From an uncultured Verrucomicrobiae bacterium (lineage in GTDB: Bacteria; Verrucomicrobiota; Verrucomicrobiia; Chthoniobacterales; JAFAMB01): a stretch of 64,000 bases of DNA. This document shows, piece after piece, positions 49,384-59,618 of this stretch (positions within the stretch are counted from its first letter, which is position 1; each line of letters starts with the position of its first letter). The stretch covers positions 96,001 through 160,000 of the forward strand of contig CAWIPH010000002.1 in the NCBI GenBank assembly GCA_963837955.1. Direction: 5' to 3'. Both the position numbers and the translations under genes were made by a program. A model generated the notes under the pieces. That model saw only the letters and a list, made by a program, of their open reading frames with translations. It ran no database searches and was not told the DNA's origin.

Positions 49384-50409
49384 ATGAGCACTAAACAAGA
49401 AAAACTACGTTGGGGTTTGATTGGTGCGAGCGACATCGCTGAAACCCGGATGATTCCCGCTATTAATGCCCAGCCCGATAGCATGGTGCACTCGGTGGTA
49501 AGCGGAAACGCTGAATACGCCAAATTGTACGCAAAGAAAAACTCGATTCCCAAGGCGCACCAGAATCTGGAGACGTTCCTGGCGGATCCCAATCTCGACA
49601 TTGTGTACATCAGCAGCACGAACGAAAAACACCTGGAACAAGCGTTGTCGGCTATTCGGGCGCGCAAGCCGGTCCTCTGCGAGAAACCCTTGGCTTTGAA
49701 CCTGACGGATGCGCGGGAGATGGTGACCGCCGCCGCTCGAGCAGGGCTACCGTTCGGTACTAATCATCATTTGCGCTGTGCGCCGACCCATCGAACCCTG
49801 CGGCGACTCGTTCAGGAAGGCGCCATCGGCCAACCTCTCGCGGCCAGGGTTTTTCATGCTGTATACCTTCCGCCTCGGCTCCAAGGATGGCGCTTGGATA
49901 ATCCTGCCGCCGGTGCCGGAGTAACCCTCGACATCACTGTGCATGATGCTGACACACTGCATTTCGTTCTCGGTGTGCGAGCCGAAGAGGTCATCGCCCA
50001 ATCAGTGAGCCAAGGACTTGGCCAAGGCGGAGTGGAGGACACCATCATGGGCGTCATCCGTTTCGAAGGAAATATTCTGGCGCAGTTTCATGATTCTTTC
50101 ACCATCCGCCACACTTCGACCGGCCTGGAAATTCATGGCACCGAGGGATCCTTACTGGCGACCGACGTAATGACGCAAGAACCGGTCGGACGAATCGTGC
50201 TCCGTCGCGGAACCGACGTGACGGAGATTGATCCTGGTCCTCGCGAAGACCTTTACTCATTCGCGGCGCAGCATTTCAATGCTGCCGCCCAAGGAGAGGG
50301 TCATCCCGCCGCAACCGGAGAGGATGGAATCCGATCTTTGGCCGTCGCCTTAGCGGCCGTAGAATCAATCAAAACCGGCCAACGCGTGAAGGTACATTAT
50401 GACGTGTGA
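49384..50409 (+). CDS. afr: Gfo/Idh/MocA oxidoreductase, 1,5-anhydro-D-fructose reductase-like
   Basis: RWGLIGAS, TNE.H, CEKPLA, GTNHHLR, ARVFHAVYLPP.LQGWRL, LDITVHDADTL, VMTQ.PVG, ATGEDG..SLA match my recollection of Sinorhizobium Afr. Real start is ATG 49384. Confidence 0.85.
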   Translation: MSTKQEKLRWGLIGASDIAETRMIPAINAQPDSMVHSVVSGNAEYAKLYAKKNSIPKAHQNLETFLADPNLDIVYISSTNEKHLEQALSAIRARKPVLCEKPLALNLTDAREMVTAAARAGLPFGTNHHLRCAPTHRTLRRLVQEGAIGQPLAARVFHAVYLPPRLQGWRLDNPAAGAGVTLDITVHDADTLHFVLGVRAEEVIAQSVSQGLGQGGVEDTIMGVIRFEGNILAQFHDSFTIRHTSTGLEIHGTEGSLLATDVMTQEPVGRIVLRRGTDVTEIDPGPREDLYSFAAQHFNAAAQGEGHPAATGEDGIRSLAVALAAVESIKTGQRVKVHYDV

Positions 50410-50454
50410 CGGCCTTTCGCTCTCGTCATCGGAACGTGACGACACCCCCCTGAC

Positions 50455-50508
50455 CGGGAGGGCGCGTGTCCCCGCGCGCCGCGGATCGCGAGGACGCGAT
50501 CCCTCCCG
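50455..50508. repeat. GGGAGGG REP doublet, compact copy
   Basis: cgggagggcgcgtgtccccgcgcgcc ... ggatcgcgaggacgcgatccctcccg; same arms as in the 44186-44572 units, without the spacer. Confidence 0.85.
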
Positions 50509-50521
50509 CGCTTGACGCTTT

Positions 50522-52111
50522 ATGCCGCGATCCAAGCTGATTTCTTTTGAACAAATTGGTGGTCTGATTCCGAACGAGGCAGTCGTCACGGTCAGCTCGT
50601 CCAGCGGTCTCGGGTGTCCGGATGCCACTCTCCGGGCAATTGGAGAGCACTACGCGGAGCATGGCTCGCCCAAAAATCTGACCACCCTGCATCCCATCGC
50701 TGCCGGAGACATGTATGGAATAGCTGGCATTGACCACTTGGCGCGACCGGGACTTCTGAAGCGCGTCTTGGCCGGCTCATTGCCGAGCGGGCCTTCGTCA
50801 CTCCCGAGTCCGAAAATCTGGCAAATGATCTTCGATGAACAGGTGGAGGCGTATAACCTGCCCAGCGGTATCCTATTTCATATGCATCGCGAGGCTGCTG
50901 CGGGCCGCCCCGGCATATTGACCAAGGTCGGGTTGGACACATTCGTCGATCCGAGGCGCCAAGGTAGTGCGATGAACGAGCGGTCGCCCCGAGATGTCGT
51001 GAAGGTAGTCGAATTCGAGGGCGAAGAGTGGCTGTTTTTCAAATCGATCATACCCCAGGTGGCAATTATTCGGGCGACCACGGCCGATGAGAAAGGCAAT
51101 CTCACGATGGAACATGAAGGTGCGTATTTGGGCGTATTAGATCAGGCGCTCGCGGTACGCAATCACGGAGGGATAGTGATCGCTCAGGTCAAACGTGTCG
51201 CAGCATATGGGACTCTGAAACCGCAGGATGTGAAAGTTCCGGGAATCCTGGTTGACTATATTGTAGTCGATCCAGAACAGCGGCAGACCACGCAGACCGA
51301 TTATGATCCGGCGATCAGTGGTGAGATTTTCCGACCGCTGGACGCGTTCGAACCGGTAGATTGGAACGTCGACAAAGTAATCGCCCGGCGGGCAGCGTTA
51401 GAGTTGCACCGAGATGACATCGTCAACTTGGGCTTTGGCATCAGCGCTCTGGTCCCCCGAATCGTCTTAGAGGAGGGGAAACACCGCGATGTGACTTGGG
51501 TGATAGAACAAGGGCCGGTGGGCGGTGTGCCGCTTCTTGGATTTGCCTTCGGCTGTGCGTCCAATGCGGATGCTATTCTGGCATCGCCCGACCAATTCAC
51601 GCTGTATCAAGGAGCAGGGTTCGACCGCAGTTTTCTATCGTTTCTTCAGGTCGATGGGGACGGCAGCGTGAACGTGTCCCGCTTGGCGGCACGACCGCAT
51701 GTGACTGCAGGCGCCGGTGGGTTTATCGATATCACTGCGGCTGCCAAAGCCATTGTCTTTTGTGGGTATTTCACTGCAGGCGGATTAGATCTCAGGCTCG
51801 AGAATGGCCGGCTGCGAATCGCGAAAGAGGGGAAAAACCGGAAGTTTGTATCGGAAGTGGAACATGTCACGTTCAGTGGACGTCGGGCCCGAGAGAATGG
51901 GCAGAAAGTCATTTATGTTACCGAGCGTTGCGTGCTGCGCTTGGGAAACGAGGGCCTCGAAGTATTTGAAATCGCCCCTGGAATCGATTTGCAACGAGAC
52001 GTTCTGGAACAGACCGATACTCCACTGCGAGTAGCGAAGGATCTAAAGGTCATGGAGGAACGGCTATTTCGGCCGGAACCTTTCGGCCTGGAACTCGGAC
52101 CGGAGCCCTAA
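50522..52111 (+). CDS. Acyl-CoA:acetate/3-ketoacid CoA transferase (YdiF-like, family I)
   Basis: TKVGLDTFVDPR, ATTADEKGN, NLGFGI, IEQG (catalytic Glu), GAGGFIDI, YVTERCV, EIAPGIDL. Confidence 0.92.
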   Translation: MPRSKLISFEQIGGLIPNEAVVTVSSSSGLGCPDATLRAIGEHYAEHGSPKNLTTLHPIAAGDMYGIAGIDHLARPGLLKRVLAGSLPSGPSSLPSPKIWQMIFDEQVEAYNLPSGILFHMHREAAAGRPGILTKVGLDTFVDPRRQGSAMNERSPRDVVKVVEFEGEEWLFFKSIIPQVAIIRATTADEKGNLTMEHEGAYLGVLDQALAVRNHGGIVIAQVKRVAAYGTLKPQDVKVPGILVDYIVVDPEQRQTTQTDYDPAISGEIFRPLDAFEPVDWNVDKVIARRAALELHRDDIVNLGFGISALVPRIVLEEGKHRDVTWVIEQGPVGGVPLLGFAFGCASNADAILASPDQFTLYQGAGFDRSFLSFLQVDGDGSVNVSRLAARPHVTAGAGGFIDITAAAKAIVFCGYFTAGGLDLRLENGRLRIAKEGKNRKFVSEVEHVTFSGRRARENGQKVIYVTERCVLRLGNEGLEVFEIAPGIDLQRDVLEQTDTPLRVAKDLKVMEERLFRPEPFGLELGPEP

Positions 52112-52122
52112 TTTTTTCAAGT

Positions 52123-54363
52123 ATGACGTCGGTTCCCCCCATTGTCTTTACTCCGGCAGAGGCGAATACGCTGGCTGCGATCCTGGAACGTCTCTTCCCG
52201 GCCGATGAAAATGGGCCGGGAGCGACTGAAATCGGTGTGCTCGAGTACTTGGATCGAGCATTAAGCGGCCCTTACGCGGAAGCCCGCGACACTTATCGGC
52301 TCGGCTTGTTCGCGATTGATCAGGCGAGCGTGAACCGGTTTCAAACCGGCTTCGCCCACGCGTCGGTGAATCAGCAAGATGCCCTGTTGGCTGAATTGGA
52401 GGAAGGCAGCGTCAAAGAGTTCAGCGCGGTAGCTCCAAAAGAGTTTTTCGAGCTCGTCAGGACGCACCTACAGGAAGGTTTATTCTCCGACCCGTGGTAC
52501 GGCGGTAACCGCAACAAGGCAGGCTGGAGAGTTCTGGGACATCCTGGTGTTTGGCTGGAGAACAGTGCGGAAGAAAATCTCTGCTCGGAAGCGGTCGACA
52601 AAGGGGGCGTGATCCAATCGTTAGCGGATATCGAGCTGCCAAAACCGAAATCATCGCGTATCCCGAACTATAATCCGCAACGCGGCTCTGCCGATCCCCT
52701 ATCGGACGTTGACATAATATTGGTGGGAGCGGGATCGATGGGGTCGATTGTCGCGCCGATATTCGCGAAATCGGGACTGAAAGTGATTGCGTTTGAGCCG
52801 GGACCATTTCGGACCCAAGTCGATTATCTGCCTGATGAACTGGGGGCAGCTTATTACTGCCGAGCAACCATGGGGCCGAAGTTTGCCAACGAGATTCCCC
52901 GCTGGCGGCGGAACGAAGGCGAACCGACTGCAGCCGCAACCTTCTCGCTTGGCCGCATGATGAACAGCGTTGGAGGCTCAGTGATTCATTACGGAGCGTG
53001 GTTGCGCCGATTTCATCCCCACCATTTCCGGACGCTCTCTCACGTCAAGGAGCGATGGGGGACGACGGTTCTTCCAGAAGGTTGTCGATTGGCGGATTGG
53101 CCGGTCTCCTATGAGGAACTTGAACCGTTTTATACCCGGCTGGAACACGAGATCGGGGTTGCCGGCGACGAGACAAATCCATTTCTCTCGCGGAGCAAGC
53201 CATTGCCGATGCCGCCAATGCGCCCATTTCGTCTAGGGAACTTTTTCAGTGATGCCACGCGCCAGATGGGGCTGCATCCACATCCCGTCGCCGTCGGAGT
53301 CAACACCCTACCGTATGGTGGGAGACCTGCGACGACCAACAGCGCCTGGAGCAATGGATTCGGATCCTGCACCGGAGACAAATGGGATCCATCTCTCACT
53401 GCGATTCCGGAAGCCCTCGCAACCGGCAATCTTGATTTGCGCACGGGCTGCCGCGTGATCCGGATTCTCACGGATCGTGACGGACATGCTAGTGGGGTTG
53501 AATACATTGATCCACTAGGCCGACGGAAAATCCAAGAGGCGCGCACAGTCATTCTTTGCGCTTATACCTTCGAAAATTTGCGGCTCTTGTTTCTGTCCGG
53601 AGACGGTTCGCATCCAAACGGTCTGGGAAATAATTCCCATCAGCTCGGTCGCTATTTCATGACCAAGATGTTCGCGCACGTTGACGGCTTTTTCCCGGAG
53701 ATCAATTTCAATCGCCATACCGGTCCGGCTGCGCAGGGCGTTGTCCTCGATGACTTTTTGGCGGCGGACTTCGAATCCGTCCAACACGGGTTTATCGGTG
53801 GCGCTACTTTAGGTGCCGAGCAACAATTCTTGCCGATTCAGATCAGCCGCGAAGCATTGCCACCGAGCGTGCGGCGTTGGGGTAAACCCTACAAAGATCA
53901 TCTCCGGCAATGGCAGCACTTTGGGGTGGTGCGGATCCAGCCCGACACACTTTCGTACGACAACAACTTCATCGATATCGATCCCCGTCACCGCGATCGG
54001 AGCGGAGTCGGAATGCCCGTGATTCGCATTACCTATGATATGAGAGAGAACGAGCAGCGTCTGGCGGCATGGATGGAGGCGAAAGCGGAGGAGGTCTTAC
54101 GAAAAATGGGCGCTACTGCCACCTGGCGAGGGAAACGATTTACCGGAGTTGGCAGCAGCCACGACTTTGGTGGTGCAAGGATGGGAGAAGACCCAGGTGT
54201 CTCAGTGCTTGATCCGCAATTGCAGGTTCATGATACGCCTGGGCTCTACGTTTTTAGCGGCGCGGCGTTCCCGACCTGTCCAGGTATCAATCCAACCCTA
54301 ACGCTAATGGCTGTGTGCGTTCGTGCTGCCGAACAGCTGGTGAGGAAGCTGAGAGGGAAATGA
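52123..54363 (+). CDS. Fusion of a gluconate 2-dehydrogenase subunit-3-like domain and a GMC flavoprotein
   Basis: N-terminal L.A..ERLFPAD..GPGA...Y.DRAL...FF...EGLFSDP.YGGN...GW..LG.PG; then VGAGSMG, VGGSVIHY, DWPVSYEELEPFY, H..GGARMG.DP..SV, NPTLT. Confidence 0.88.
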   Translation: MTSVPPIVFTPAEANTLAAILERLFPADENGPGATEIGVLEYLDRALSGPYAEARDTYRLGLFAIDQASVNRFQTGFAHASVNQQDALLAELEEGSVKEFSAVAPKEFFELVRTHLQEGLFSDPWYGGNRNKAGWRVLGHPGVWLENSAEENLCSEAVDKGGVIQSLADIELPKPKSSRIPNYNPQRGSADPLSDVDIILVGAGSMGSIVAPIFAKSGLKVIAFEPGPFRTQVDYLPDELGAAYYCRATMGPKFANEIPRWRRNEGEPTAAATFSLGRMMNSVGGSVIHYGAWLRRFHPHHFRTLSHVKERWGTTVLPEGCRLADWPVSYEELEPFYTRLEHEIGVAGDETNPFLSRSKPLPMPPMRPFRLGNFFSDATRQMGLHPHPVAVGVNTLPYGGRPATTNSAWSNGFGSCTGDKWDPSLTAIPEALATGNLDLRTGCRVIRILTDRDGHASGVEYIDPLGRRKIQEARTVILCAYTFENLRLLFLSGDGSHPNGLGNNSHQLGRYFMTKMFAHVDGFFPEINFNRHTGPAAQGVVLDDFLAADFESVQHGFIGGATLGAEQQFLPIQISREALPPSVRRWGKPYKDHLRQWQHFGVVRIQPDTLSYDNNFIDIDPRHRDRSGVGMPVIRITYDMRENEQRLAAWMEAKAEEVLRKMGATATWRGKRFTGVGSSHDFGGARMGEDPGVSVLDPQLQVHDTPGLYVFSGAAFPTCPGINPTLTLMAVCVRAAEQLVRKLRGK

Positions 54364-54375
54364 AAGGCCTTGGCT

Positions 54376-54680
54376 TAGTAGGGCGGACCCTCCAGGCTCC
54401 GCGGCCCGAGGCGTTATTAACCTCAAGGAGTCCACAAATCGCCGTGACTTTGCCTCGAGCTCGGTTCCGGAGCGTGGACGATCCGGCTACGTTTTTGGCG
54501 GCCCATAGGTCGGAGGGCGCGGCGCTTGCGCCGCCCGGAAACGATCCAAGACGCACCGAGGAATCGAGGCCATGGATTCGGCTGGCTCTATTCGATCATG
54601 GGTTGTTCCCGGGCGTCGCAAGCGACGCCCCTCCGCTTTCAGGGGTTGTTCCGGCCGAAAGAAGTCGGCACGCCCTCCGT
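54376..54680. repeat. Cluster of REP-like palindromes inside the operon
   Basis: gtagggcggaccctcc; cggagggcgcggcgcttgcgccgcccgg paired with ccgggcgtcgcaagcgacgcccctccg; further acgccctccg arm. Confidence 0.65.
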
Positions 54681-54719
54681 CGTCAGGGGTTCCTCTTTGA
54701 CGCGAAAAGATAAGACTCG

Positions 54720-55490
54720 ATGAACGATTCGACCAAAATTCAGATTTTCGCGGAAGCCCCGATTGCGCGGGTGACATTGCATCGACCGGAAAAGCTAAAC
54801 GCTCTGGATCCGGAGATGCTGACGGCCTTGGAAACCGGGTTGAGTCTGCTGGAGGAGCGGAGGGATATCCGGATAGTGATTCTCCAAGCGAGTGGAGAAA
54901 AAGCTTTCTGCGTGGGCGCCGATATCAATGCTTGGACCGCTTTGACCCCGTTGCAGATGTGGTCCGAATGGATTCGACACGGGCACCGCGTTTTTTCTCG
55001 GCTGCATCAATTGCGGCAGCCAGTCATTTGCGCGATTCAAGGTTTGGCATTTGGCGGCGGTCTAGAACTGGCGTTGGCCTGCGACATCCGCGTTGCTGCC
55101 GAGACTGCGAGGTTTGCCATGCCGGAGGTCAAGTTGGGTACGGTGCCAGGTTGGGGAGGGACTGCTCGTCTGCCGGAGCTGATTGGCAAGGGTCGAGCGC
55201 AACAAATGATCCTATCGGGAGAACCGATCACTGCCCACGTGGCGGAACGGTGGGGTCTAGTAAACGAAGTAGTTCCGATAGACCGATTGAGCGCACGAGT
55301 CGAAGAACTGGCAAACCGGATAGCCGCAAATGCGCCGGTCTCGGTGCAAACCGCTAAGCAGTTAGTAGCCGGCTCCAATGCAGTAACTCTGGAGTCGATC
55401 GCTGCTGCTACGAATGCTTTCACCCAAGATGCCGCGGAAGGATTAGCGGCTTTTCGCGAGAAACGTAACCCCAACTTTCAAGGCCTATGA
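54720..55490 (+). CDS. Enoyl-CoA hydratase/isomerase (crotonase) family protein
   Basis: RPEKLNAL, AFCVGADI, AFGGGLELALACD, MPEV.LG..PGWGG; both catalytic Glu positions present. Confidence 0.94.
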   Translation: MNDSTKIQIFAEAPIARVTLHRPEKLNALDPEMLTALETGLSLLEERRDIRIVILQASGEKAFCVGADINAWTALTPLQMWSEWIRHGHRVFSRLHQLRQPVICAIQGLAFGGGLELALACDIRVAAETARFAMPEVKLGTVPGWGGTARLPELIGKGRAQQMILSGEPITAHVAERWGLVNEVVPIDRLSARVEELANRIAANAPVSVQTAKQLVAGSNAVTLESIAAATNAFTQDAAEGLAAFREKRNPNFQGL

Positions 55491-56998
55491 ACCAACCTCC
55501 TTCGAAACCGTTTCAGTACCAATTATGGATCAATGGAAAGGAAGCAACATCCAGGTCCGGAAAGACGTTTGATCGGCGCAGTCCGGCTCACGACGTAGTG
55601 GTTGGCGTTTATCCGCTGGCCGCCAACGAAGACACTGATCTCGCGGTGGCTGCTGCCCGGCATGCATTTGATACGGGACCGTGGCCAAAACGTTCGGGGG
55701 CCGAGCGCGCGGCCTGCCTGGCGAAGTCGGCTGCACTCATCCGGGCAAACGCAGAGGAATTGGCACTGATCGAGACGCTGGAAAGCGGAAAACCGATCGG
55801 CCAAGCCCGAAACGAGATGGAATGGGCGGCCGGAATTTGGGACTACGCGGCGGCCTCTTGTCGCAACCTTGCTGGAGATACCTACAACTCTTTGGGAGAA
55901 CAGATGCTCGGGCTAGTGGTACGCGAGCCGATTGGGGTGGTCGGTATGATCACTCCTTGGAATTTTCCGCTGTTGATCATTAGTCAGAAATTGCCTTTTG
56001 CTTTGGCCGCTGGTTGTACCTGCGTGATTAAACCGAGCGAACTGACTCCTGGTACCACCTTGCGGTTGGGGCCATTGCTCGCGGAAGCGGGAATCCCTGC
56101 CGGCGTTGTCAATATTCTGAGCGGCTATGGCGATCCGGTTGGCCAACGGCTTAGCTCCCATACCGATATCGACATGATGTCATTCACCGGCTCCACCGAG
56201 GTCGGGAAAATGGTCGTCGAAGCTTCTCGCTCAAACCTGAAAAAAGTTGGGCTCGAACTCGGGGGCAAGAATCCTCAAATCATTTTTGCCGATGCTGACT
56301 TAGAGGCTGCCCTTGATGCCGCCGTATTCGGCATTTGCTTCAACATGGGAGAGTGCTGCAACAGTGGGAGCCGCTTGTTAGTGGAGCGCTCGATCTACGA
56401 CAAATTCGTCGAGCGTTTGATCAGCCTCACGCGAGAAGTACAAGTCGGCGATCCTTTGGACGAAAATACCCAAGTTGGTGCAATCGTGAATGACGAACAA
56501 CTCGACAAGATCCTTCACTATATCGCCGACGGTCAGCGGTCCGGAGCGAATTTGCGATCAGGCGGACGACGGTTGAAGAGCGTTGCTGGCAGGTTTGTTG
56601 AGCCGACGATCTTCTCCGATGTCCGTCCGGATATGCCGATTGCGCGAGAAGAAATTTTCGGACCGGTTCTTTCGGTGCTGCCTTTCGATCACGCGGACGA
56701 GGCGATCGCGATCGCGAATAGCACGCCGTACGGATTATCGGCCGCGGTCTGGACTCGAGATTTGGATCGAGCCTTCTCTGTCAGTCGAGGTGTACGGGCC
56801 GGAACGGTCTGGATCAATACCTTCATGGAAGGACCGGCTGAGCTGCCATTTGGCGGATACAAGGAAAGCGGCTTAGGCAGGGAACTGGGCAGGTCAGCGA
56901 TCGAGGAGTTCACAGACCTTAAGACCATTCAGGTGCATTTCGGCCCGCGAACGGGTTGGTGGGTCAAACCGGGAATCGGCAAACCAGAAGAGAAATGA
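55487..56998 (+). CDS. NAD(P)-dependent aldehyde dehydrogenase
   Basis: ITPWNFP, KPSE, FTGST, LELGGKNP, GECCNSGSR, EEIFGPV, PFGGYKESG. Confidence 0.96.
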   Translation: MNQPPSKPFQYQLWINGKEATSRSGKTFDRRSPAHDVVVGVYPLAANEDTDLAVAAARHAFDTGPWPKRSGAERAACLAKSAALIRANAEELALIETLESGKPIGQARNEMEWAAGIWDYAAASCRNLAGDTYNSLGEQMLGLVVREPIGVVGMITPWNFPLLIISQKLPFALAAGCTCVIKPSELTPGTTLRLGPLLAEAGIPAGVVNILSGYGDPVGQRLSSHTDIDMMSFTGSTEVGKMVVEASRSNLKKVGLELGGKNPQIIFADADLEAALDAAVFGICFNMGECCNSGSRLLVERSIYDKFVERLISLTREVQVGDPLDENTQVGAIVNDEQLDKILHYIADGQRSGANLRSGGRRLKSVAGRFVEPTIFSDVRPDMPIAREEIFGPVLSVLPFDHADEAIAIANSTPYGLSAAVWTRDLDRAFSVSRGVRAGTVWINTFMEGPAELPFGGYKESGLGRELGRSAIEEFTDLKTIQVHFGPRTGWWVKPGIGKPEEK

Positions 56999-58146
56999 AC
57001 CATCCCCTCGGAATCGAACAACTGGATGATGCCGCGCTTCCCGATCTGCGCCGCCGCGCGGAGACGACTTTGGATTTTGCAGGGAAACAGATCCGCCAAT
57101 TGATTACGCGTTACCCGGATTACTTCCCTTTATTTACTAAGAGCGGAAAATGGCAACACGATCGCGAAGCCTGGACCAATTGGTGCGAGGGCTTTCTGGG
57201 TGGAATGCTCTGGATTCTCGCGCGCCATCGAGAGGATCGCTGGTATCGCGAGCAAGCGGAGCGCTACTCACTCTTAATAGAACACAGGAAAACGGATCGG
57301 ACCGTTCATGATCTGGGCTTTCTTTTTCTTCCCACTTGGAAGGTCTGGTATGAGCTAACTGGCGATCCGGCAAAGAGACAGGTGGTGATCGATGCGGGCC
57401 GCACGCTGGCTTTGCGTTTCCAGGAGAAAGGGCGCTATCTCCGCTCGTTCGTGGCACCGGAAAGCCTGTTCATCGACATCATGATGAACGTTGGACTGAT
57501 TTTCTATGTAGCCAAAGAAACCCAGGACGATGCCTTGTGGAGAATCGCGGTTCAGCATTGTTTGACCACCAGACGCTATTTGGTCCGTGGTGACGGCAGC
57601 ACCGCACATGAAGGAATTTTTGATCTGAATACAGGTGAATTTCTGCGCCAATCGACACACCAGGGTTGGCGGAGTGATTCGAGTTGGGCTCGGGGCCAAG
57701 CGTGGGCAATATACGGCTTTACCACCGCCTACGAATTTACGAGCGACGATCGGTTTCTGAAAACGGCACAACAATGCGCCGATTTTTTTATCGATCGTAC
57801 GCCCCGACATGGTGTTCCTCCGAACGACTGGGAGCAACCCGCGCCGCCGCAACCTTACGAAAGTTCGGCCGCTGCCATTGCGGCACGCGGTCTGTTAGCC
57901 CTGAGTGAGGCCGGGAAGGACGCGGCGGCCGCGCAGGCTTACCGGGCCAGGGCGCATCGCATTTTAGAAACGCTGCTCGGCCCCGAGTTTTTGGCCGTTC
58001 AGACCACTGGCTGGGAGGGTATCCTCAAACACGGGATTTATCACGAGGGTAAGCAGCTGGGGGTCGATGAAAGCGTGATGTGGGGAGAATACTTTTTCCT
58101 TTCGGCGATTGATTCTTTGCTCGCCGGTTATGGAATTGATCGCTAA
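56995..58146 (+). CDS. Glycoside hydrolase family 88 (unsaturated glucuronyl hydrolase-like), no signal peptide
   Basis: W..GF..G.LW, HDLGFLF, IDIMMN, R.DGST.H, THQG....SSWARGQAWAIYGF, SSAAAIAA.G, WGEYFF; ATGA overlap with the ALDH gene. Confidence 0.9.
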   Translation: MNHPLGIEQLDDAALPDLRRRAETTLDFAGKQIRQLITRYPDYFPLFTKSGKWQHDREAWTNWCEGFLGGMLWILARHREDRWYREQAERYSLLIEHRKTDRTVHDLGFLFLPTWKVWYELTGDPAKRQVVIDAGRTLALRFQEKGRYLRSFVAPESLFIDIMMNVGLIFYVAKETQDDALWRIAVQHCLTTRRYLVRGDGSTAHEGIFDLNTGEFLRQSTHQGWRSDSSWARGQAWAIYGFTTAYEFTSDDRFLKTAQQCADFFIDRTPRHGVPPNDWEQPAPPQPYESSAAAIAARGLLALSEAGKDAAAAQAYRARAHRILETLLGPEFLAVQTTGWEGILKHGIYHEGKQLGVDESVMWGEYFFLSAIDSLLAGYGIDR

Positions 58147-58229
58147 TTCTTCATTCTATTTGAATTAATCGCCCAGAGACGCAAAATCTTCATGCATTTT
58201 TTATATAACCACATCATAACTACACGCGA

Positions 58230-59498
58230 ATGAAGAAGTTACCCCCCCAACTAGTCGGTTTAGCGCTTGCCGCGCTAGCCCTGATGCCCGCAGCGAGCAA
58301 CGCTGCCGGCGATAAGAAACTCGAGGTATTTTCCTGGTGGACCTCCGGCGGAGAAGCGGCCGCTCTCGACGCTCTCTTTAAGAACTACAAGGAGAAAGAT
58401 CCGGGTGTCGAAATCATCAATGCCACCGTGGCTGGTGGCGGCGGTTCTGCCGCACGCCCGGTGCTGCAAGCCAGGTTAGCTGGCGGCAATCCGCCCGATA
58501 CCTGGCAAACTCACCCGGGCTTTGAGTTGATCGACCAATATGTGGCTTCGGGATACTGTGAGCCGGTCACAGACATCTACACGAGCGAGGGCTGGAATAA
58601 AGTCGTCCCTCAAGGGTTGATCGATATGCTGAGCAAGGAAGGCAAAGCTTATTCGGTACTCTGCGGCGTGCACCGCGGCAATGTGCTCTGGTACAACAAG
58701 AAGCTGCTGGCGAAGAACGGCATCAAAGTCGGAGATAAGATGACTTTTGATGAGTTTTTTGCTGCAGCGGACAAGCTGAAAGCTGCGGGTGTTACTCCGC
58801 TGGCGGTCGGAGATACCGGTATCTGGGCGAGTGCACAGCTATTCGAGAACACCTTGCTCGGCGTTGTCGGCGCGCAAGGTTGGAAAGACCTGTTCAGTGG
58901 GAAGATGAGTTTTGACGATCCTAAGGTGAAGCAAGCTGCCACGCTTTACGGCAAGCTGCTTAAGTACCAAAATAGCGACCACTCGGCACTCTCTTGGGAC
59001 CAGGCGGTCAAAGCCGTCGAGGAAGGAAAGTGCGCGTTTACCTCGATGGGCGATTGGACGGTCGGCGAATTCGTCAAGGCAGGATTCAAACCGAACGAAG
59101 ACTTCGGCTGGGTTTCGCATCCGGGAACAGATGGTTCGTTTATCATCGTGGCGGACGGCTTTACCCTGGCTAAAGGCGCCCCGCACAAAGATGAAACTAT
59201 CGCGTGGTTGAAATCGATCGGGAGCAAAGAATCCCAAGAGGCTTTCAATCCTCTCAAAGGATCGATTCCGGACCGCACCGATGTTGATAAGAGCAAGTTC
59301 GGCCCGTACCACCAGTGGTCAATGGCTTCGTTCGCCAAGGACTCCTTGATCCCAAGCTGTGTGCATGGCGAAGCTGCTCCTGCGGCGTTCCAACAATCGT
59401 TGAACGACGCGGTCACCTCATTCGTAGCTAACCAAAACGTCGACCAATTTCTGTCTGCGTTGGTCCAAGCCGCGAAAGATTCGGGTATCACGAAGTAA
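58230..59498 (+). CDS. Sugar ABC transporter substrate-binding protein (glucose/mannose-binding type)
   Basis: Signal peptide, LEVFSWWTSGGEAAAL, GNPPDTWQ, VHRGNVLWYN, MGDW, FNPLKGSIP. Confidence 0.93.
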   Translation: MKKLPPQLVGLALAALALMPAASNAAGDKKLEVFSWWTSGGEAAALDALFKNYKEKDPGVEIINATVAGGGGSAARPVLQARLAGGNPPDTWQTHPGFELIDQYVASGYCEPVTDIYTSEGWNKVVPQGLIDMLSKEGKAYSVLCGVHRGNVLWYNKKLLAKNGIKVGDKMTFDEFFAAADKLKAAGVTPLAVGDTGIWASAQLFENTLLGVVGAQGWKDLFSGKMSFDDPKVKQAATLYGKLLKYQNSDHSALSWDQAVKAVEEGKCAFTSMGDWTVGEFVKAGFKPNEDFGWVSHPGTDGSFIIVADGFTLAKGAPHKDETIAWLKSIGSKESQEAFNPLKGSIPDRTDVDKSKFGPYHQWSMASFAKDSLIPSCVHGEAAPAAFQQSLNDAVTSFVANQNVDQFLSALVQAAKDSGITK

Positions 59499-59513
59499 CA
59501 AGTTTGAACTGGC

Positions 59514-59615
59514 GGCGCTGCGCGCGGAAACGTAATCGCGCGTCAGCGCCGTTCAGGCTGGGTAGGGACGAGCTCCGCTCGTCCGTCCGCCAGACGAGCG
59601 GGGCTCGTCCCTACC
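59514..59615. repeat. Stem-loop plus GTAG REP palindrome between the binding-protein and permease genes
   Basis: ggcgctgcgcg...cgcgtcagcgcc hairpin, then ggtagggacgagctccgctcgtc / gacgagcggggctcgtccctacc. Confidence 0.8.
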
Positions 59616-59618
59616 GGA

